Below, piece after piece: positions 1 through 10,536 of a stretch of DNA of 64,000 nt (positions are counted from its first letter, which is position 1; the number at the start of each line of letters is the position of its first letter). Under the pieces are notes generated by a model that made no database searches, was not told where the DNA came from, and saw nothing but the letters and a program-made list of their open reading frames with translations. A program made the translations under genes and the position numbers. The stretch covers positions 91-64,090 of the forward strand of contig JAEZJZ010000030.1 in assembly GCA_023436245.1 (NCBI GenBank), written 5' to 3'. Source of the DNA: Bacillota bacterium. GTDB taxonomy: Bacteria; Bacillota; UBA994; UBA5500.

Positions 1-507
1 CGTCAAGGCGGAAGTGTCCAGCCAAAGACCGAGGCGCGGGGTGTGATTGCGCAACAGGTCGTCGAGTTGCGCAATCGTCCACAGCCCGTACCCTTGCTTT
101 GATCGACCGGCCTCCCTGAGAGCGACCACCTGCGGGTTGGGCGTCAGCACTACCACAAAAAGCGGGCGGCTGACAAACTGATCCACAAAGCCTTGCAGGA
201 CAGGGCCAACGATCACGTCTTGCACCACAACGGTGAATCCAGCCGCGAAGTAGGTTTCGGCGGCATCAGCCGCCAATCGATAGCGCAGCTTCAACTGTCG
301 CTCGGCTTCGGGGCTTGGCTCTGGCAGCATCTCCTCTCGGCCGGAGACGATCATCCTCCGAAAGGAATCGCCCCGCAAGTGCACCCCACGGGCAAACCTC
401 CTGGCCAAGAGCTCAGCGACTGCGGACTTGCCCGATGCCATTGTTCCTGTGATTAGGTAAATGCCACATTCGTCCGGCGATGTGGCTTTCTGGTGATGTT
501 CTGGCAA
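1..507 (-). CDS. P-loop NTPase/kinase (AAA-type, chloramphenicol-phosphotransferase-like); 3' end runs off the window
   Basis: Reverse frame reads ...IYLITGTMASGKSAVAELLARRFARGVHLRGDSF... (Walker A GxxxxGKS) and continues to position 1 without a stop, so it is absent from the ORF track. GGAGG 9 nt upstream of a TTG (505-507) is the most plausible start. Confidence 0.5.
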   Translation of the reverse strand, partial: MPEHHQKATSPDECGIYLITGTMASGKSAVAELLARRFARGVHLRGDSFRRMIVSGREEMLPEPSPEAERQLKLRYRLAADAAETYFAAGFTVVVQDVIVGPVLQGFVDQFVSRPLFVVVLTPNPQVVALREAGRSKQGYGLWTIAQLDDLLRNHTPRLGLWLDTSALT

Positions 508-631
508 TAATTCCACCTCCAAGTGAATCCAAGCCGTCTCCCTTTCGACATCGACTGGATTTGTTCCTCTCCACCCAGACACACCTACGGCAGCACGGCA
601 ATGGCCGCTCCTTCTGGAGCGGCCACCTGCG

Positions 632-856
632 TCACCGTCTGGTGATCTTCACTTTCCACTCTTTCGGCCCTTGCTGCAGATACTGCCAGTCGAACTGCTC
701 CGGCCGCTCGGCCTGCAGTTGATAGCTGAGCGGCTTGGGATCGTGGTCATTGATCAGCGTGAGTGACTCTCCAGTCTTCAACTCATCCAGATTGCGAAAA
801 ATGGTCGGGTGTCGCTCGGGCAAGGCCACGGCACGCACATCAAGATTCCTGTCCAT
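632..856 (-). CDS. DUF2249-family small protein
   Basis: 74 aa; LDVRxLxPxxRHPxIFxxxDELxxGESLxLINDHDPKPL...W pattern typical of DUF2249. Confidence 0.55.
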   Translation of the reverse strand: MDRNLDVRAVALPERHPTIFRNLDELKTGESLTLINDHDPKPLSYQLQAERPEQFDWQYLQQGPKEWKVKITRR

Positions 857-911
857 GAGCAGCTACCTCCTCTGCGGATGTCGCTGCTAGTATAACCACT
901 ACGGGAAGCAA

Positions 912-1673
912 TCAGAAATCCAGCAGGCCAAAGAGATAAGAAATCAGCGGCCTAGGACCGGCAAAGCGACTGACCAGAGCAAGAACGTCTTCCCAAAAAA
1001 CCACGGCAGAGGGGCAGACCGGCGGAGACAAGTCTTGGATAACAGCATCGCATCCGCTCTCGGCGGCGCTGGGCTGTTCATGGACCTTTGCCCATCTGCG
1101 CCGCGTCACCAACAGCACCCGCAACAGGTTTCTTGCTGGCCGCTGCCCCGTCGCCGAACGACAATCGGCTGCCTGTGTCAGAGCCCCGCTCAACCAGTGT
1201 TCCAGGTCCAGCGAGACCACGGCCTGACTACCAATGATGCGCAGATCGGTCGATTCCACCAAGCCCACGGTCTCTCCCGCCTGGTAGACATGCTCTGCCA
1301 GGTCTATGCGGAGCGCATCGCATTCTAGATCATGATGCAGCGAATGCAGGATGATCGGCACCTGTGAATCAGTCGGCTGGCCAGAATGGTTGCAGGTTAT
1401 CTCGTATGCCCGGCCTAAATGCAACAGGAAGCCGTTCATCAGAGATCGATTAGCCGGTAGCAACTCATGGAAAATGCACCCAGCCAACACCCGGGCGCAA
1501 AGCCGCTTCTCCTTACTCGACGCAGGAAATGCATAGTGGTTGATCAGCATCAGAACACCTCCGCCCTCATGCCTAATATATGGCTGACAGCGACAGGTCT
1601 GACCAGAGATTTGCGCGACATAGGCTAACAGAGATACAGCAAGACCTAGCGATTGAACCAGGTCTTGCTGCAA
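912..1673 (-). CDS. hypothetical protein (possible HxxHHD phosphohydrolase-like motif); start uncertain
   Basis: 253-aa ORF in the same orientation as flanking genes; no confident family assignment. Confidence 0.35.
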   Translation of the reverse strand: MQQDLVQSLGLAVSLLAYVAQISGQTCRCQPYIRHEGGGVLMLINHYAFPASSKEKRLCARVLAGCIFHELLPANRSLMNGFLLHLGRAYEITCNHSGQPTDSQVPIILHSLHHDLECDALRIDLAEHVYQAGETVGLVESTDLRIIGSQAVVSLDLEHWLSGALTQAADCRSATGQRPARNLLRVLLVTRRRWAKVHEQPSAAESGCDAVIQDLSPPVCPSAVVFWEDVLALVSRFAGPRPLISYLFGLLDF

Positions 1674-1687
1674 ATGTTCGGGTCGCT

Positions 1688-2728
1688 CTATCCGTTTACC
1701 AGCAGATCCCGCATCAGGCGGTACATGTCTTCGACATCCTGTTCGTTGATCATCTCGTAGGCGCTATGCGTGTAGCGGGTGGGAAAGGTGAACAGGGCCG
1801 TGGGAATGCCGGCGCGAATCAGTTGATCTCCGTCGGAGCCGAAACCGTGAAAGACGGCATGCTGAATGGGCATCTGCAGCCGCTCAGCCGTGGCGATCAG
1901 CAAATCGGAGATACGCTCGCTATAGTGGATGCGAGCATCCTTGTGGGCAACAATCGGCCCTTTACCGAGCCCTGTGGGCATGTAGCTCTCCTTGACGGTC
2001 GGGATATCTCCCACCAGGCCAATCTCCAGCGCAATCGCCAAGTCGAAGTCCGCCTCTCTGGCTAAGTTGAGCGCCCCGCCCAGCCCGACCTCTTCCTGAA
2101 TGGTGGCGGCGAAGTAGAGCTCATACTTCAGTGACTGACCCTGTAGGTCTCTGGCCAGCGCGGTCATCAAAGCCAGACCGACGCGGTCATCCATCGCCTT
2201 GCCGACAATGTGGTGACCGAGGCGTCTGGTTTCCGCCTGAAAGATGACCGGACTGCCGGGATGGATGCCGAGCGCTTCCACTTCTGCCTTGCTGCTTAAG
2301 CCAAGATCGAGGAAGAAGTCATCCCACAGAAGCGTGTCTTTCGCTCGTTGGGCTACTGTGCGTACATGGCCGGTGGCCACACCGATCTGCCCAGAGTGAT
2401 AGCCGTTGCTGCCCTTCACCAGCACCCGCTGTCCGATATAGGTGGGGTTGGGGGCGATGGAAGATTCGCTCCCGCCGGTGCCCTGAGTCAACCAGCAGAA
2501 GCCATCGGCGGTAATACTCTTCACCAGGAAGTTGATCTCGTCCAGATGGGCGGTGATCAACAGTTTCGGCCCGGTGCCGCCCACCTTCGCCAGCACATTG
2601 CCGACCCTGTTTTGCCAGACCCGCTCGCAGAGCGGTGTCCAATCAGCCACCATGCGCGCCGCAACCAGTTCCTCGTGTCCGACAGGACCGGGCAACTCAG
2701 TGTATTCCTTAATCAAATCATACAGCAT
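1688..2728 (-). CDS. M42 family metallopeptidase (glutamyl aminopeptidase / FrvX-YsdC-like)
   Basis: 346 aa; N-terminal MLYDLIKEYTELPGPVGHE, metal-binding His/Asp/Glu pattern and size typical of M42 peptidases. Confidence 0.8.
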   Translation of the reverse strand: MLYDLIKEYTELPGPVGHEELVAARMVADWTPLCERVWQNRVGNVLAKVGGTGPKLLITAHLDEINFLVKSITADGFCWLTQGTGGSESSIAPNPTYIGQRVLVKGSNGYHSGQIGVATGHVRTVAQRAKDTLLWDDFFLDLGLSSKAEVEALGIHPGSPVIFQAETRRLGHHIVGKAMDDRVGLALMTALARDLQGQSLKYELYFAATIQEEVGLGGALNLAREADFDLAIALEIGLVGDIPTVKESYMPTGLGKGPIVAHKDARIHYSERISDLLIATAERLQMPIQHAVFHGFGSDGDQLIRAGIPTALFTFPTRYTHSAYEMINEQDVEDMYRLMRDLLVNG

Positions 2729-2912
2729 GTCAGATCCTCCTTTTGTACCGCTATAATGGGATTATGCATGTTGTCCCATTTGTCCTGCCGAGTAATTTGT
2801 GAGATTGTGATCTATTGAGACGTTGTGCTTGAGAAGATGTTTGATCCGGACTTGATAGACATACCGCCTCTGGGTAGCGTTGGTGGATGTAAGCTATAGG
2901 GGAGGAACGGAA

Positions 2913-4760
2913 ATGAACAAGAAAATGGCTATGCTGTTAGCCCTGCTGATCAGTGTCACCAGCTGCCGTTCGATTGCACTGGCAGCAAATGAAGGAAGCG
3001 TCGCCCCCTCGGGCTTGACCCACTCCGAGTTGCGACGGGAAGTTGATGAGCTTGCCGCTCGCTACATAGGCGGGACAGTAGCCGGAGCGGCTGTGATTGT
3101 TATTCGAGATGGAGAGGCTGTACTGAACCGAGCGTATGGCATGGCGGACCGAGAGAACGGAGTGGCGGTGGATGACGACACCGTCTTCGAGTGGGGGTCG
3201 GCAACCAAGCTGCTGGTCTGGACAAGTGTGATGCAGTTGGTCGAGCAAGGAAGACTCAACCTGAACGAGGACGTTCGCAACTACCTGCCAGCCGGCTTCC
3301 TGACCAAACTGCAGTTTCCACAACCGATCACCATGCAGAACCTGATGCACCACAATGCTGGCTGGGAAGACCACCTGACCGACTTGTTTTACCAGTCTGC
3401 AGATCATCTGCGATCCCTGGAGGAGAGCTTGCGCATCTGCGAACCGGTGCAGGTTGCCGAGCCAGGGGCGGTAGTCTCGTACTCCAACTACGGGGTTGCC
3501 TTGGCAGGCTATTTGGTGGAGAGACTGACGGGGCAGCCTTTCTATCAGTACGTGAATGACCACATCTTTTCGGTCCTCGGCATGCAGGACACGGCTATCC
3601 ACCCGTCTCAGGCAGACAATCTGGGAGTCGCCGCTCGCAGAGAGCAGATCCACGGTTACCGCACAAAGGGAGAGGGAACGCTGATTCGCTCCCAGAGTGA
3701 GAGGATCTTCATCGGCCTCTATCCGGCGGGTAGCGCCATCGGCACCGCCCTTGACGCAGCCAAGTTCATCAGTGCGTTGCTTCCGAAGACAGGGACGTCC
3801 AGTCCTCTGTTCAAGAGCAACACCATCCTGAACGAAATGCTCTCCACCAGCTACCGCTACACGGACAACTACCCCGGCATCGCTCATGGCTTCTGGGAGG
3901 ATTTCGCCGCAGTGAGAATCCTGGGGCACGGCGGCAATACTGACAGCTTCTCCAGCTATTTGGCGATAGCGCCGGCCGAGGGCGCAGGGCTAGTGGTGAT
4001 GACAAATCAGGCTGCCGATCAATCGCTCTGCCCCAGCCTGCCGACGGTGGTCTTTGGCAGTTATGTCGCTCCCCCCGCTGATGACCTGCCAGCTGCGCAG
4101 CAAGTGGCCGGCAGATATACGGTCAGCCGACGACCATACTACGGCTTCACTAAAGTGATGGGTCTCCTGCAGACAGTCACCATCAATGCCATTGACAATC
4201 AGACCATTACAGCGTTAGGAAGCACTTATCAGCAAGTGCAGCCGTACATCTATCAGCAGGCAGACGGCAACGGGCTGCTCCATTTCTCGCTTGCGGATGG
4301 CCGCGTCTCGAGGGTGTCCATGATGTGCATGGACCTGTTGCCGCTATCGACCGGGTCTTTCACCGGGTCAGTCGTCTCAATTGGGCTATTGGCGGTCTGC
4401 CTGCTGTTCTTGGCGACTGCACTGGTGATCATGCTGATCAACCGGCTCCGGCATCGCGGTCGCGAGCTTCACAAGAGTCTGATTTGGACTGGTCTGCTCA
4501 ATCTGACCGGTGCGATTGCTGTTCTGAACACCGCTAACCTGTTCAGCAGAGCGATGGGTTATGCTCCTTATGCTGCCCTCCGCGTCAACTTCCTGCTCAA
4601 CTACGCCTATCTCGGGTTCACAGCGATTTGCTTGGCCGTAATCGGCTGGCGAGCGAGCAGAGAAGCGCTGACCAAGCGACAGAAGCTGTTCATAGTTCTT
4701 TCGTGTGTGGCTGCACTGGTGCTGGCAGCGACAATCATTGGTTGGCAGCTATACAAGTAA
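2913..4760 (+). CDS. serine hydrolase, beta-lactamase/PBP-like (class C fold), with signal peptide and C-terminal multi-TM anchor
   Basis: GGGGAGGAAC RBS then ATG at 2913; signal peptide MNKKMAMLLALLISV; S-A-T-K (SxxK) active-site motif; about 4 hydrophobic helices in the last 150 aa. Confidence 0.75.
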   Translation: MNKKMAMLLALLISVTSCRSIALAANEGSVAPSGLTHSELRREVDELAARYIGGTVAGAAVIVIRDGEAVLNRAYGMADRENGVAVDDDTVFEWGSATKLLVWTSVMQLVEQGRLNLNEDVRNYLPAGFLTKLQFPQPITMQNLMHHNAGWEDHLTDLFYQSADHLRSLEESLRICEPVQVAEPGAVVSYSNYGVALAGYLVERLTGQPFYQYVNDHIFSVLGMQDTAIHPSQADNLGVAARREQIHGYRTKGEGTLIRSQSERIFIGLYPAGSAIGTALDAAKFISALLPKTGTSSPLFKSNTILNEMLSTSYRYTDNYPGIAHGFWEDFAAVRILGHGGNTDSFSSYLAIAPAEGAGLVVMTNQAADQSLCPSLPTVVFGSYVAPPADDLPAAQQVAGRYTVSRRPYYGFTKVMGLLQTVTINAIDNQTITALGSTYQQVQPYIYQQADGNGLLHFSLADGRVSRVSMMCMDLLPLSTGSFTGSVVSIGLLAVCLLFLATALVIMLINRLRHRGRELHKSLIWTGLLNLTGAIAVLNTANLFSRAMGYAPYAALRVNFLLNYAYLGFTAICLAVIGWRASREALTKRQKLFIVLSCVAALVLAATIIGWQLYK

Positions 4761-4809
4761 GAGACTCCAGAGCATGACTAAGGCCGGATGCACTCGCATC
4801 CGGCCTTAC

Positions 4810-5199
4810 CTATTTTGTCCGCAGCTTCCGGTAGAACAGCAGGACAAGTTCCACCAGCAGACCGAGGGCTGCTCCTCCGAACAAGAATACCAGCAGACTG
4901 AGCAACCCGATCAAGTCTTCCCAACCGCCGTTACCCGTGAAGCTGCTGATCATCACGGTCAGACCGACAGCCAGCCCCAGCGTGGAGAACAACGCAAACC
5001 AGCGCGCGCCGAGCCAGCCCAAGCCGCCAATCACCAAACCGGTGATCAGGCAGAAGAGAGCTATGAAGAAATATCGTGGCTTGGCATGAGGCAACAAGAG
5101 ATGAATCCCCAGACCCATCACAGTCAACTGACCAACGGCCAGCGCAGCTGCGAACCACCACCAAATGGGCTTTCGCGAAGCAGGCAACCAGCGCATCAA
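4810..5199 (-). CDS. small integral membrane protein
   Basis: 129 aa, 4 predicted TM segments; co-oriented downstream of the alpha/beta hydrolase gene. Confidence 0.45.
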   Translation of the reverse strand: MMRWLPASRKPIWWWFAAALAVGQLTVMGLGIHLLLPHAKPRYFFIALFCLITGLVIGGLGWLGARWFALFSTLGLAVGLTVMISSFTGNGGWEDLIGLLSLLVFLFGGAALGLLVELVLLFYRKLRTK

Positions 5200-5244
5200 C
5201 TCACCACCTTCCCTCTCAAGAGATTAGACGTCAACCGAGGGAGA

Positions 5245-6216
5245 TTAGATCGGCTTGTCATTCAAAGCAACAACACTGAGCCTCGCCAGGAAGGTTCGGG
5301 TCAGATCTGCAATTTGCTCCGCCTTAGTCTGATAGATGAAATGGGTTGCATCAATTGTCTGGTGCTGCGCGTTCTCGCCCAGACGCGCGAGATGGGCCCG
5401 CTGATAGCCCATGCCGTCATCCCGATCCCGCTTGGCCATGCCAGCGATCGACTGGGTTGAGATCAGCTTGAGCACCGGGATCTGTGCTGGGAATGGCAGC
5501 TGGTTGACCTGCTTGATGTTCTCCATCAACAAGCTGGCCTGGTTGATCAGCGTATCATTGACCACGTGGAGATTGAACAACCAATAATCGGCCACCTCTT
5601 TCGCAGTATAACCATTTGCGGCGAGCTTGGTCTCCGGAGCCAACTTGGAGGCAAGACGGATCAACCCGATGGCCTGCTGCGCCTTCGCTATCTGGAAGAG
5701 GAAGCTGGGAGGATTGCCTCCGTCAATCTTGGCCGTGGAGGTGGTGTCCAGCATGACCAGGGCGGCTACTTCCTCAGGAAAGGTGCTGGCGTAGTACTCG
5801 CAGTAAATACCAGAGGCAGAGTGTGGCATCAGAATATAGGGCGGTTTCAATCCGGCCGCTGCCAAAGCAGCCCTCAGCTCATGTACATAGTTGGCGTTCG
5901 TTCTTGGCACGTCCGTTTGGTCGCTGAAGCCAATGCCAAAGTACTCCACCGTGGCCACCACATGCTCTTGGGAGAGTGCCCTCATCAAGGGCCCAAAATC
6001 AGCCGAGGGCAGCGCTACACCAAAGCCCGGCAGCAGTACAATCGCCTGCCCGCCACTGCCTAGCGTGTGCACATGCATCCTCCGGCCGTCTACCTCAACC
6101 AACTGACCATATGGCCGAATGTCATCCAGTTCTCCTCTGGAGCGAGCGCTGTTAACCAGATAGCCGATCAGCGCAGCCGCGGCAAAGGATGCAAAGACAA
6201 TTCCAGCAACATACAT
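5245..6216 (-). CDS. alpha/beta-fold hydrolase with N-terminal membrane anchor
   Basis: 323 aa; N-terminal TM helix, HGxGxS-like region (LLPGFG), PHSASG nucleophile elbow-like motif. Confidence 0.65.
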   Translation of the reverse strand: MYVAGIVFASFAAAALIGYLVNSARSRGELDDIRPYGQLVEVDGRRMHVHTLGSGGQAIVLLPGFGVALPSADFGPLMRALSQEHVVATVEYFGIGFSDQTDVPRTNANYVHELRAALAAAGLKPPYILMPHSASGIYCEYYASTFPEEVAALVMLDTTSTAKIDGGNPPSFLFQIAKAQQAIGLIRLASKLAPETKLAANGYTAKEVADYWLFNLHVVNDTLINQASLLMENIKQVNQLPFPAQIPVLKLISTQSIAGMAKRDRDDGMGYQRAHLARLGENAQHQTIDATHFIYQTKAEQIADLTRTFLARLSVVALNDKPI

Positions 6217-6264
6217 AGCTCATTAACCTCTTTTCTCCCTATTTAGTAAACAGACCAAAATCGG

Positions 6265-6777
6265 CTATCTCTCTGTTGGCCACGAAATTAGGGCCAGGTT
6301 GCGCGGCTTTCTGTCCTCCGCCGGCCGATTGTCCAAGTGGCGGCTGAGCAGCCGACTGTACTCGGCAAGCAAGGCGTGGAACTCCTGATCGGTCAACAGG
6401 CAGACTATGTTCTGCAGAAACAACAGATCCCGCTTGGGGTCCGCATCAGGCTGGGAGAAGTAGCGGTCGAAACCGGCGTAAATCTGCATCAGAAAGCCAA
6501 AAGCATTCCTGGAGCCATGCTCCACCGTGTTCTCGGTCGCAAACTTGGCCAGGTTGAGCCCGTACGTGCGCTCCAGTGTCCCTCTCACCTTCGCCTCCGA
6601 GACAACACTGAGCAAGTCATGCTCGGTGAGGACGTTGATGTGGCGGTAAAGCGTGGTGCGAGGAACGTCGCCCATCGCTAGAGCCAAATCACCCGGCGTT
6701 GCCGTCCCACAGACGGAGAGGTGTTGCACGATCCTAGCTCTGACCGGGTGCAGCAGCACCTCATTCATGTCTCTCAT
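6265..6777 (-). CDS. ArsR-family winged-helix transcriptional regulator
   Basis: LLHPVRARIVQHL...TPGDLALAMGDVPRTTLYRHINVLTEHDLL is a classic ArsR-type HTH; first gene of a regulator-hydrolase-membrane protein unit. Confidence 0.6.
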   Translation of the reverse strand: MRDMNEVLLHPVRARIVQHLSVCGTATPGDLALAMGDVPRTTLYRHINVLTEHDLLSVVSEAKVRGTLERTYGLNLAKFATENTVEHGSRNAFGFLMQIYAGFDRYFSQPDADPKRDLLFLQNIVCLLTDQEFHALLAEYSRLLSRHLDNRPAEDRKPRNLALISWPTER

Positions 6778-6979
6778 TGGCTATCGCCCTCCTGTTAATA
6801 GTTCCAAACATGATTATAATACCGATAATGGAACTAGTCAATGAGTAGATTGGCGTACGCGAAAGGCCGCCATCGCCCACTTCTGGCAAGAAACCTTCAG
6901 GCCAACGGCAGGAGCCTAAGACGAGCGGGCCGAAATTCGTTACCAGGTGCTCTACCATGAACAAGATAGGGTGATGTGC

Positions 6980-7423
6980 ATGAAGGAAAGAAACCCCGCG
7001 CCGCTGATTGGGGCGATACTGGCTATCCTGATCCTGATCCCATCTGCACTGATTTTCTACCACGCGATGTTTGGGGACATGGGGTTGGTCTGGGAGTTGA
7101 CTGCGGAGGGGCTGCAGATCCAACACAGGGGCTCCCGCCCGCTGCTCCCAGCGGAAGAAAAGCTGATCCCCTATTCGAGCATCACGGAGATTCAGTTGCT
7201 GTCGCAGCCGGTCAGGATCAAGAAGGAATATGGACTTGACGGCGCGCGCACTCGCATCGGCGACTTCCGGTCAGATGAACTTGGCCAGGTCAAGGCATAC
7301 ATCTCAGATATCGGACGGCCGATAGTGCTGATCCGCTCCACGGGCGAGCCAAAGCCGATACTGCTCTCGCCGGAGGACGCCGAGCAGTTCATTGCGCAGA
7401 TGCATCTCCAAATGGACAAGTAA
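6980..7423 (+). CDS. hypothetical membrane-anchored protein (PH-like/bPH domain candidate)
   Basis: ORF track gives a GTG at 6947; an ATG at 6980 (MKERNPAPLIGAILAIL, TM helix) has a better context; co-directional with the downstream peptidase. Confidence 0.4.
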   Translation: MKERNPAPLIGAILAILILIPSALIFYHAMFGDMGLVWELTAEGLQIQHRGSRPLLPAEEKLIPYSSITEIQLLSQPVRIKKEYGLDGARTRIGDFRSDELGQVKAYISDIGRPIVLIRSTGEPKPILLSPEDAEQFIAQMHLQMDK

Positions 7424-7433
7424 GAAGGAGGTC

Positions 7434-8681
7434 ATGAACATGGAGCAAGCCTATTACAGCGGCAATCGTCAGCGTCTTTATCAGGGCATGGAGGACAACT
7501 CGCTGTTGGTATTGTTTGCGGGACACGCACCACGACAAAGCGGTGACCAGATGTATACCTTTTTCTGCAACCGCAACTTCCTCTACGCCACCGGCTGCAA
7601 TGAAGAGGGCATAGCCCTGCTGGCCGAGAAGCGCGGGGGCAAGGTCACCGAGACACTCTACTTGCAGCGCCCTGACCCAATGGCAGAGCGCTGGTCGGGC
7701 CGACGGCTGAAGGCGGAAGAAGCGATAGCCATCTCCGGCATTTCTCACATCTCCTACCTCGATGCATTTCGGCGCGAGTTCCATACTAGAGCCAGCGGCA
7801 ATGATGTCCGGCAGATCTACCTCGATCTGACCAAACTGACGGCGGAGGAACCGGCGAACGAGGAACACCGCTTCGCGCACTATTGCCAGCGGGAATATCC
7901 GGCTCTGCCCTTGCAGAACATCCATTTGCGCTTCAGCCAGCTACGACTGATTAAGCAGCCGTGCGAAATCTCCGCCATGCGGTCATCCGTGCGCATCACC
8001 AAAGAGGCGATTCTGGCGATGATGCGAGCCTCCCGCCCGGGGATGTGGGAGTACCAATATAAGGCCATCTTTGATCACGTGCTGACGGACAACGGCGTGC
8101 TGGAACCAGGCTTTCAGCCGATCATCAGCGCTGGTCCAAACAACTTCTGCATCCACTACTATGCGTACAGCGGGCAGGCGCAGGATGGGGATCTGATCCT
8201 GAACGATGTCGGCGCCCGCTGCCAGGGCATGGTCAATGATGTCTCCCGCGCTTGGCCTTGCAATGGCAAGTTCACGGAGAGACAGCGTCTGCTCTATGAA
8301 TGTGCTTTGCGCACATCAGATCACATGTTCTCCATCATCAAACCGGGCATGCTGCACGAAGATGTGGATCGCCTGGCGCGCGAGTACAACTATCAGCTGC
8401 TGCACCAACTTGGCCTAGTCGAAAGCTATGAGCAGATCGGAAGGCTGGTCTGGCACGGCGGAGCGCACCATGTCGGCTTGGATGTTCACGACGACGTCGT
8501 GCGCGTCGGCCATCTACAGCCCGGCATGATCTTCTGCGTGGACATCGGCATCTATTGTGAGGACTGGGGCATCGGTTTCCGGCTGGAGGACAACTGCCTG
8601 ATCACGGAAGACGGCTGCGAAAACCTGTCGCGGGACATCCCCAGAACAATCGAAGAGATTGAGGCCACTATGGCTAGATAG
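7434..8681 (+). CDS. pepP: Xaa-Pro aminopeptidase (M24B family)
   Basis: AAGGAGG RBS then ATG at 7434; creatinase/prolidase N-domain followed by the pita-bread fold with His/Asp/Glu metal ligands (HGGAHHVGLDVHD). Confidence 0.8.
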   Translation: MNMEQAYYSGNRQRLYQGMEDNSLLVLFAGHAPRQSGDQMYTFFCNRNFLYATGCNEEGIALLAEKRGGKVTETLYLQRPDPMAERWSGRRLKAEEAIAISGISHISYLDAFRREFHTRASGNDVRQIYLDLTKLTAEEPANEEHRFAHYCQREYPALPLQNIHLRFSQLRLIKQPCEISAMRSSVRITKEAILAMMRASRPGMWEYQYKAIFDHVLTDNGVLEPGFQPIISAGPNNFCIHYYAYSGQAQDGDLILNDVGARCQGMVNDVSRAWPCNGKFTERQRLLYECALRTSDHMFSIIKPGMLHEDVDRLAREYNYQLLHQLGLVESYEQIGRLVWHGGAHHVGLDVHDDVVRVGHLQPGMIFCVDIGIYCEDWGIGFRLEDNCLITEDGCENLSRDIPRTIEEIEATMAR

Positions 8682-8693
8682 AGAAAACAGAAG

Positions 8694-8745
8694 GAAGATG
8701 CTGCTCCCGCAAGTGCAGGAGCGGCATCTTCCTTTCGACGCTCAA
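8694..8745 (+). terminator. intrinsic terminator after pepP-like gene
   Basis: AGGAAGATGCTGCTCC...GGAGCGGCATCTTCCT stem followed by a TTTC tail. Confidence 0.4.
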
Positions 8746-8802
8746 GCCTTGACCCTTGGCTTGGACATCAGCGCGCTGACCGGCCACGCACTGCATCACG
8801 AC

Positions 8803-10536
8803 CTACTCGTCAAACTGGAAGCTGACCACGTCTTCAGTGGTGACAACCACCAGCCGCTCACCTACCCAGAGGGCCTGTAGGATCTCAGTGCCCCGCAACT
8901 TGAGCAACGTACACTCGCGACCTTGCTGATCTATCAGCACGCCGTGCACCAGGCTATCGGAGGCATCGGGCAGAGTTGAGCCCTTGAAGCGGCTGATGAA
9001 CAGCAACTTGCGGGCAGAATGATAGGCCAGTGCCTGGTCCTGCTGCACCTGCCAAGCTGGCTTCCTGGTCACCTGCTGCAAATCGTCGTGCGCAAAACTA
9101 TAATACCAAACGTTTGCGGGGAAGACCTGAGCGTAGCCGTCGCTATGATCGCGGTCAGAGAGATACACCCCCTGCCCGTCTGACGTGAATAGACCGGAAT
9201 TGAACACCGTCTGTCGTTTCAGGCTGATGCTGCCGCCGGATAGATTGTAGAAGGATAGTGTCTGAGCCTCCTGAGGCGCCGTCAGCCGGCAATGGCCAAG
9301 TGCAATCAAACCCTCCGCGATCCAGACGATCTGTTCATGCCGAATGTGCGCCTCCTGGGGCAGCCCGCCCAGTCCCCGTCTCTCTCCGATGTTGAGATCG
9401 AACAGGAACAGTGATTCGTACACTGGGTCCATCGGGCCGGGCTCTGCTTCAGTTGCTTCGACATACAACAGTTGCTTTCGGTTCGGGGAAAGGGCAAATG
9501 CGCCGATCGAGTATTTCGGACTGGCCTCGGCCAGTTGCGCTTCCTGGCGCGAAGCAAGATCGAAGACGAAGACCCGGTTCTGCCCTGCTGGATGCGACAT
9601 GTAATAGAGCTGGCCACCATCCCAGTCGGCCACGAAACCGGTGTTGCCGCTGAGTTGCACTGTCTCGCCCTGAACCCAGAGAATGGACTTGGCCGCGTCA
9701 CCACGCGAACTGACAAACAGATTGCCCTCAGCCCAGATCAGGTCGTCTCGACCGACATCAGCCAGTTCGCGGGTCTTGCCTGAGGCAAGCTCGTGCGCAT
9801 AGACCTTGTTGCCCGAATGGTAGGCCACAGACCCGGCATCATAGGCCCAAATGCGCTTAGTCACTAAGCCCGGCGCCAAAGGTGCGGATGAATAACTTCC
9901 GGGCGAAAAGGTATCCAGATGGCGATCTGTCAGCTCAACATAGTCCTGCCGTAAGTCCAGCAGGTAGATGGTGGCAGGGATGTCGTCTGCCTTGGCGGAA
10001 AAGACGAGTGTAAAGTGGTCGATCCATCCGAGCAACTCCAATTGCTCCAGCCCGGATAGCACCACCAACCCCTGACCGAGAGACGTACTCACTAGCAGGT
10101 CAAACTCGTTCGCACTGGAGCGCCTGTAGGCAACCAGGCGATTCCCCTCACTGTATCGCAAGTTATCGCCGGGGACACTGACGAACTCGTTCGGCTGCTG
10201 ATCCGATTGAGTCCGCAACCTTTCGTTCTCCACAGCCACCGAAGCTCCCCAATCCTCATAGCCCGGGTTTCGCTCCAACAGATGCTCCCCGTCGAGGCTT
10301 GTGCTCCAAAGCAACTGATCGCTCACATACTGCAGCTTCTGTGGCTCAACCATAGCATAGTCACTCACCGCAGCTTCCGGAAAAACTGCCAGTACCTCTC
10401 TACCCTGCAACTTAACAGGCTCCAATGGGATATGCTTCTTGTCTCCCGCCTGCGAGCCTACGCCGGGGGTGCTATGCCTACACCCAGCGAGCAGGACAAG
10501 CGAAGCCAACAGTAATGCACTAAATCTCTTCCTCAT
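8803..10536 (-). CDS. lipoprotein with TolB/PD40-like beta-propeller repeats
   Basis: Signal peptide plus lipobox LLAGC; Trp/Tyr/Gly-rich repeat pattern; 4-nt overlap with the upstream GNAT gene. Confidence 0.5.
   Translation of the reverse strand: MRKRFSALLLASLVLLAGCRHSTPGVGSQAGDKKHIPLEPVKLQGREVLAVFPEAAVSDYAMVEPQKLQYVSDQLLWSTSLDGEHLLERNPGYEDWGASVAVENERLRTQSDQQPNEFVSVPGDNLRYSEGNRLVAYRRSSANEFDLLVSTSLGQGLVVLSGLEQLELLGWIDHFTLVFSAKADDIPATIYLLDLRQDYVELTDRHLDTFSPGSYSSAPLAPGLVTKRIWAYDAGSVAYHSGNKVYAHELASGKTRELADVGRDDLIWAEGNLFVSSRGDAAKSILWVQGETVQLSGNTGFVADWDGGQLYYMSHPAGQNRVFVFDLASRQEAQLAEASPKYSIGAFALSPNRKQLLYVEATEAEPGPMDPVYESLFLFDLNIGERRGLGGLPQEAHIRHEQIVWIAEGLIALGHCRLTAPQEAQTLSFYNLSGGSISLKRQTVFNSGLFTSDGQGVYLSDRDHSDGYAQVFPANVWYYSFAHDDLQQVTRKPAWQVQQDQALAYHSARKLLFISRFKGSTLPDASDSLVHGVLIDQQGRECTLLKLRGTEILQALWVGERLVVVTTEDVVSFQFDE

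Noticed and set aside
2937-3929. 330-aa minus-strand ORF inside the serine-hydrolase gene
   Set aside because: It is a typical high-GC antisense ORF with no motifs and no RBS. The plus-strand gene has clear family signatures.
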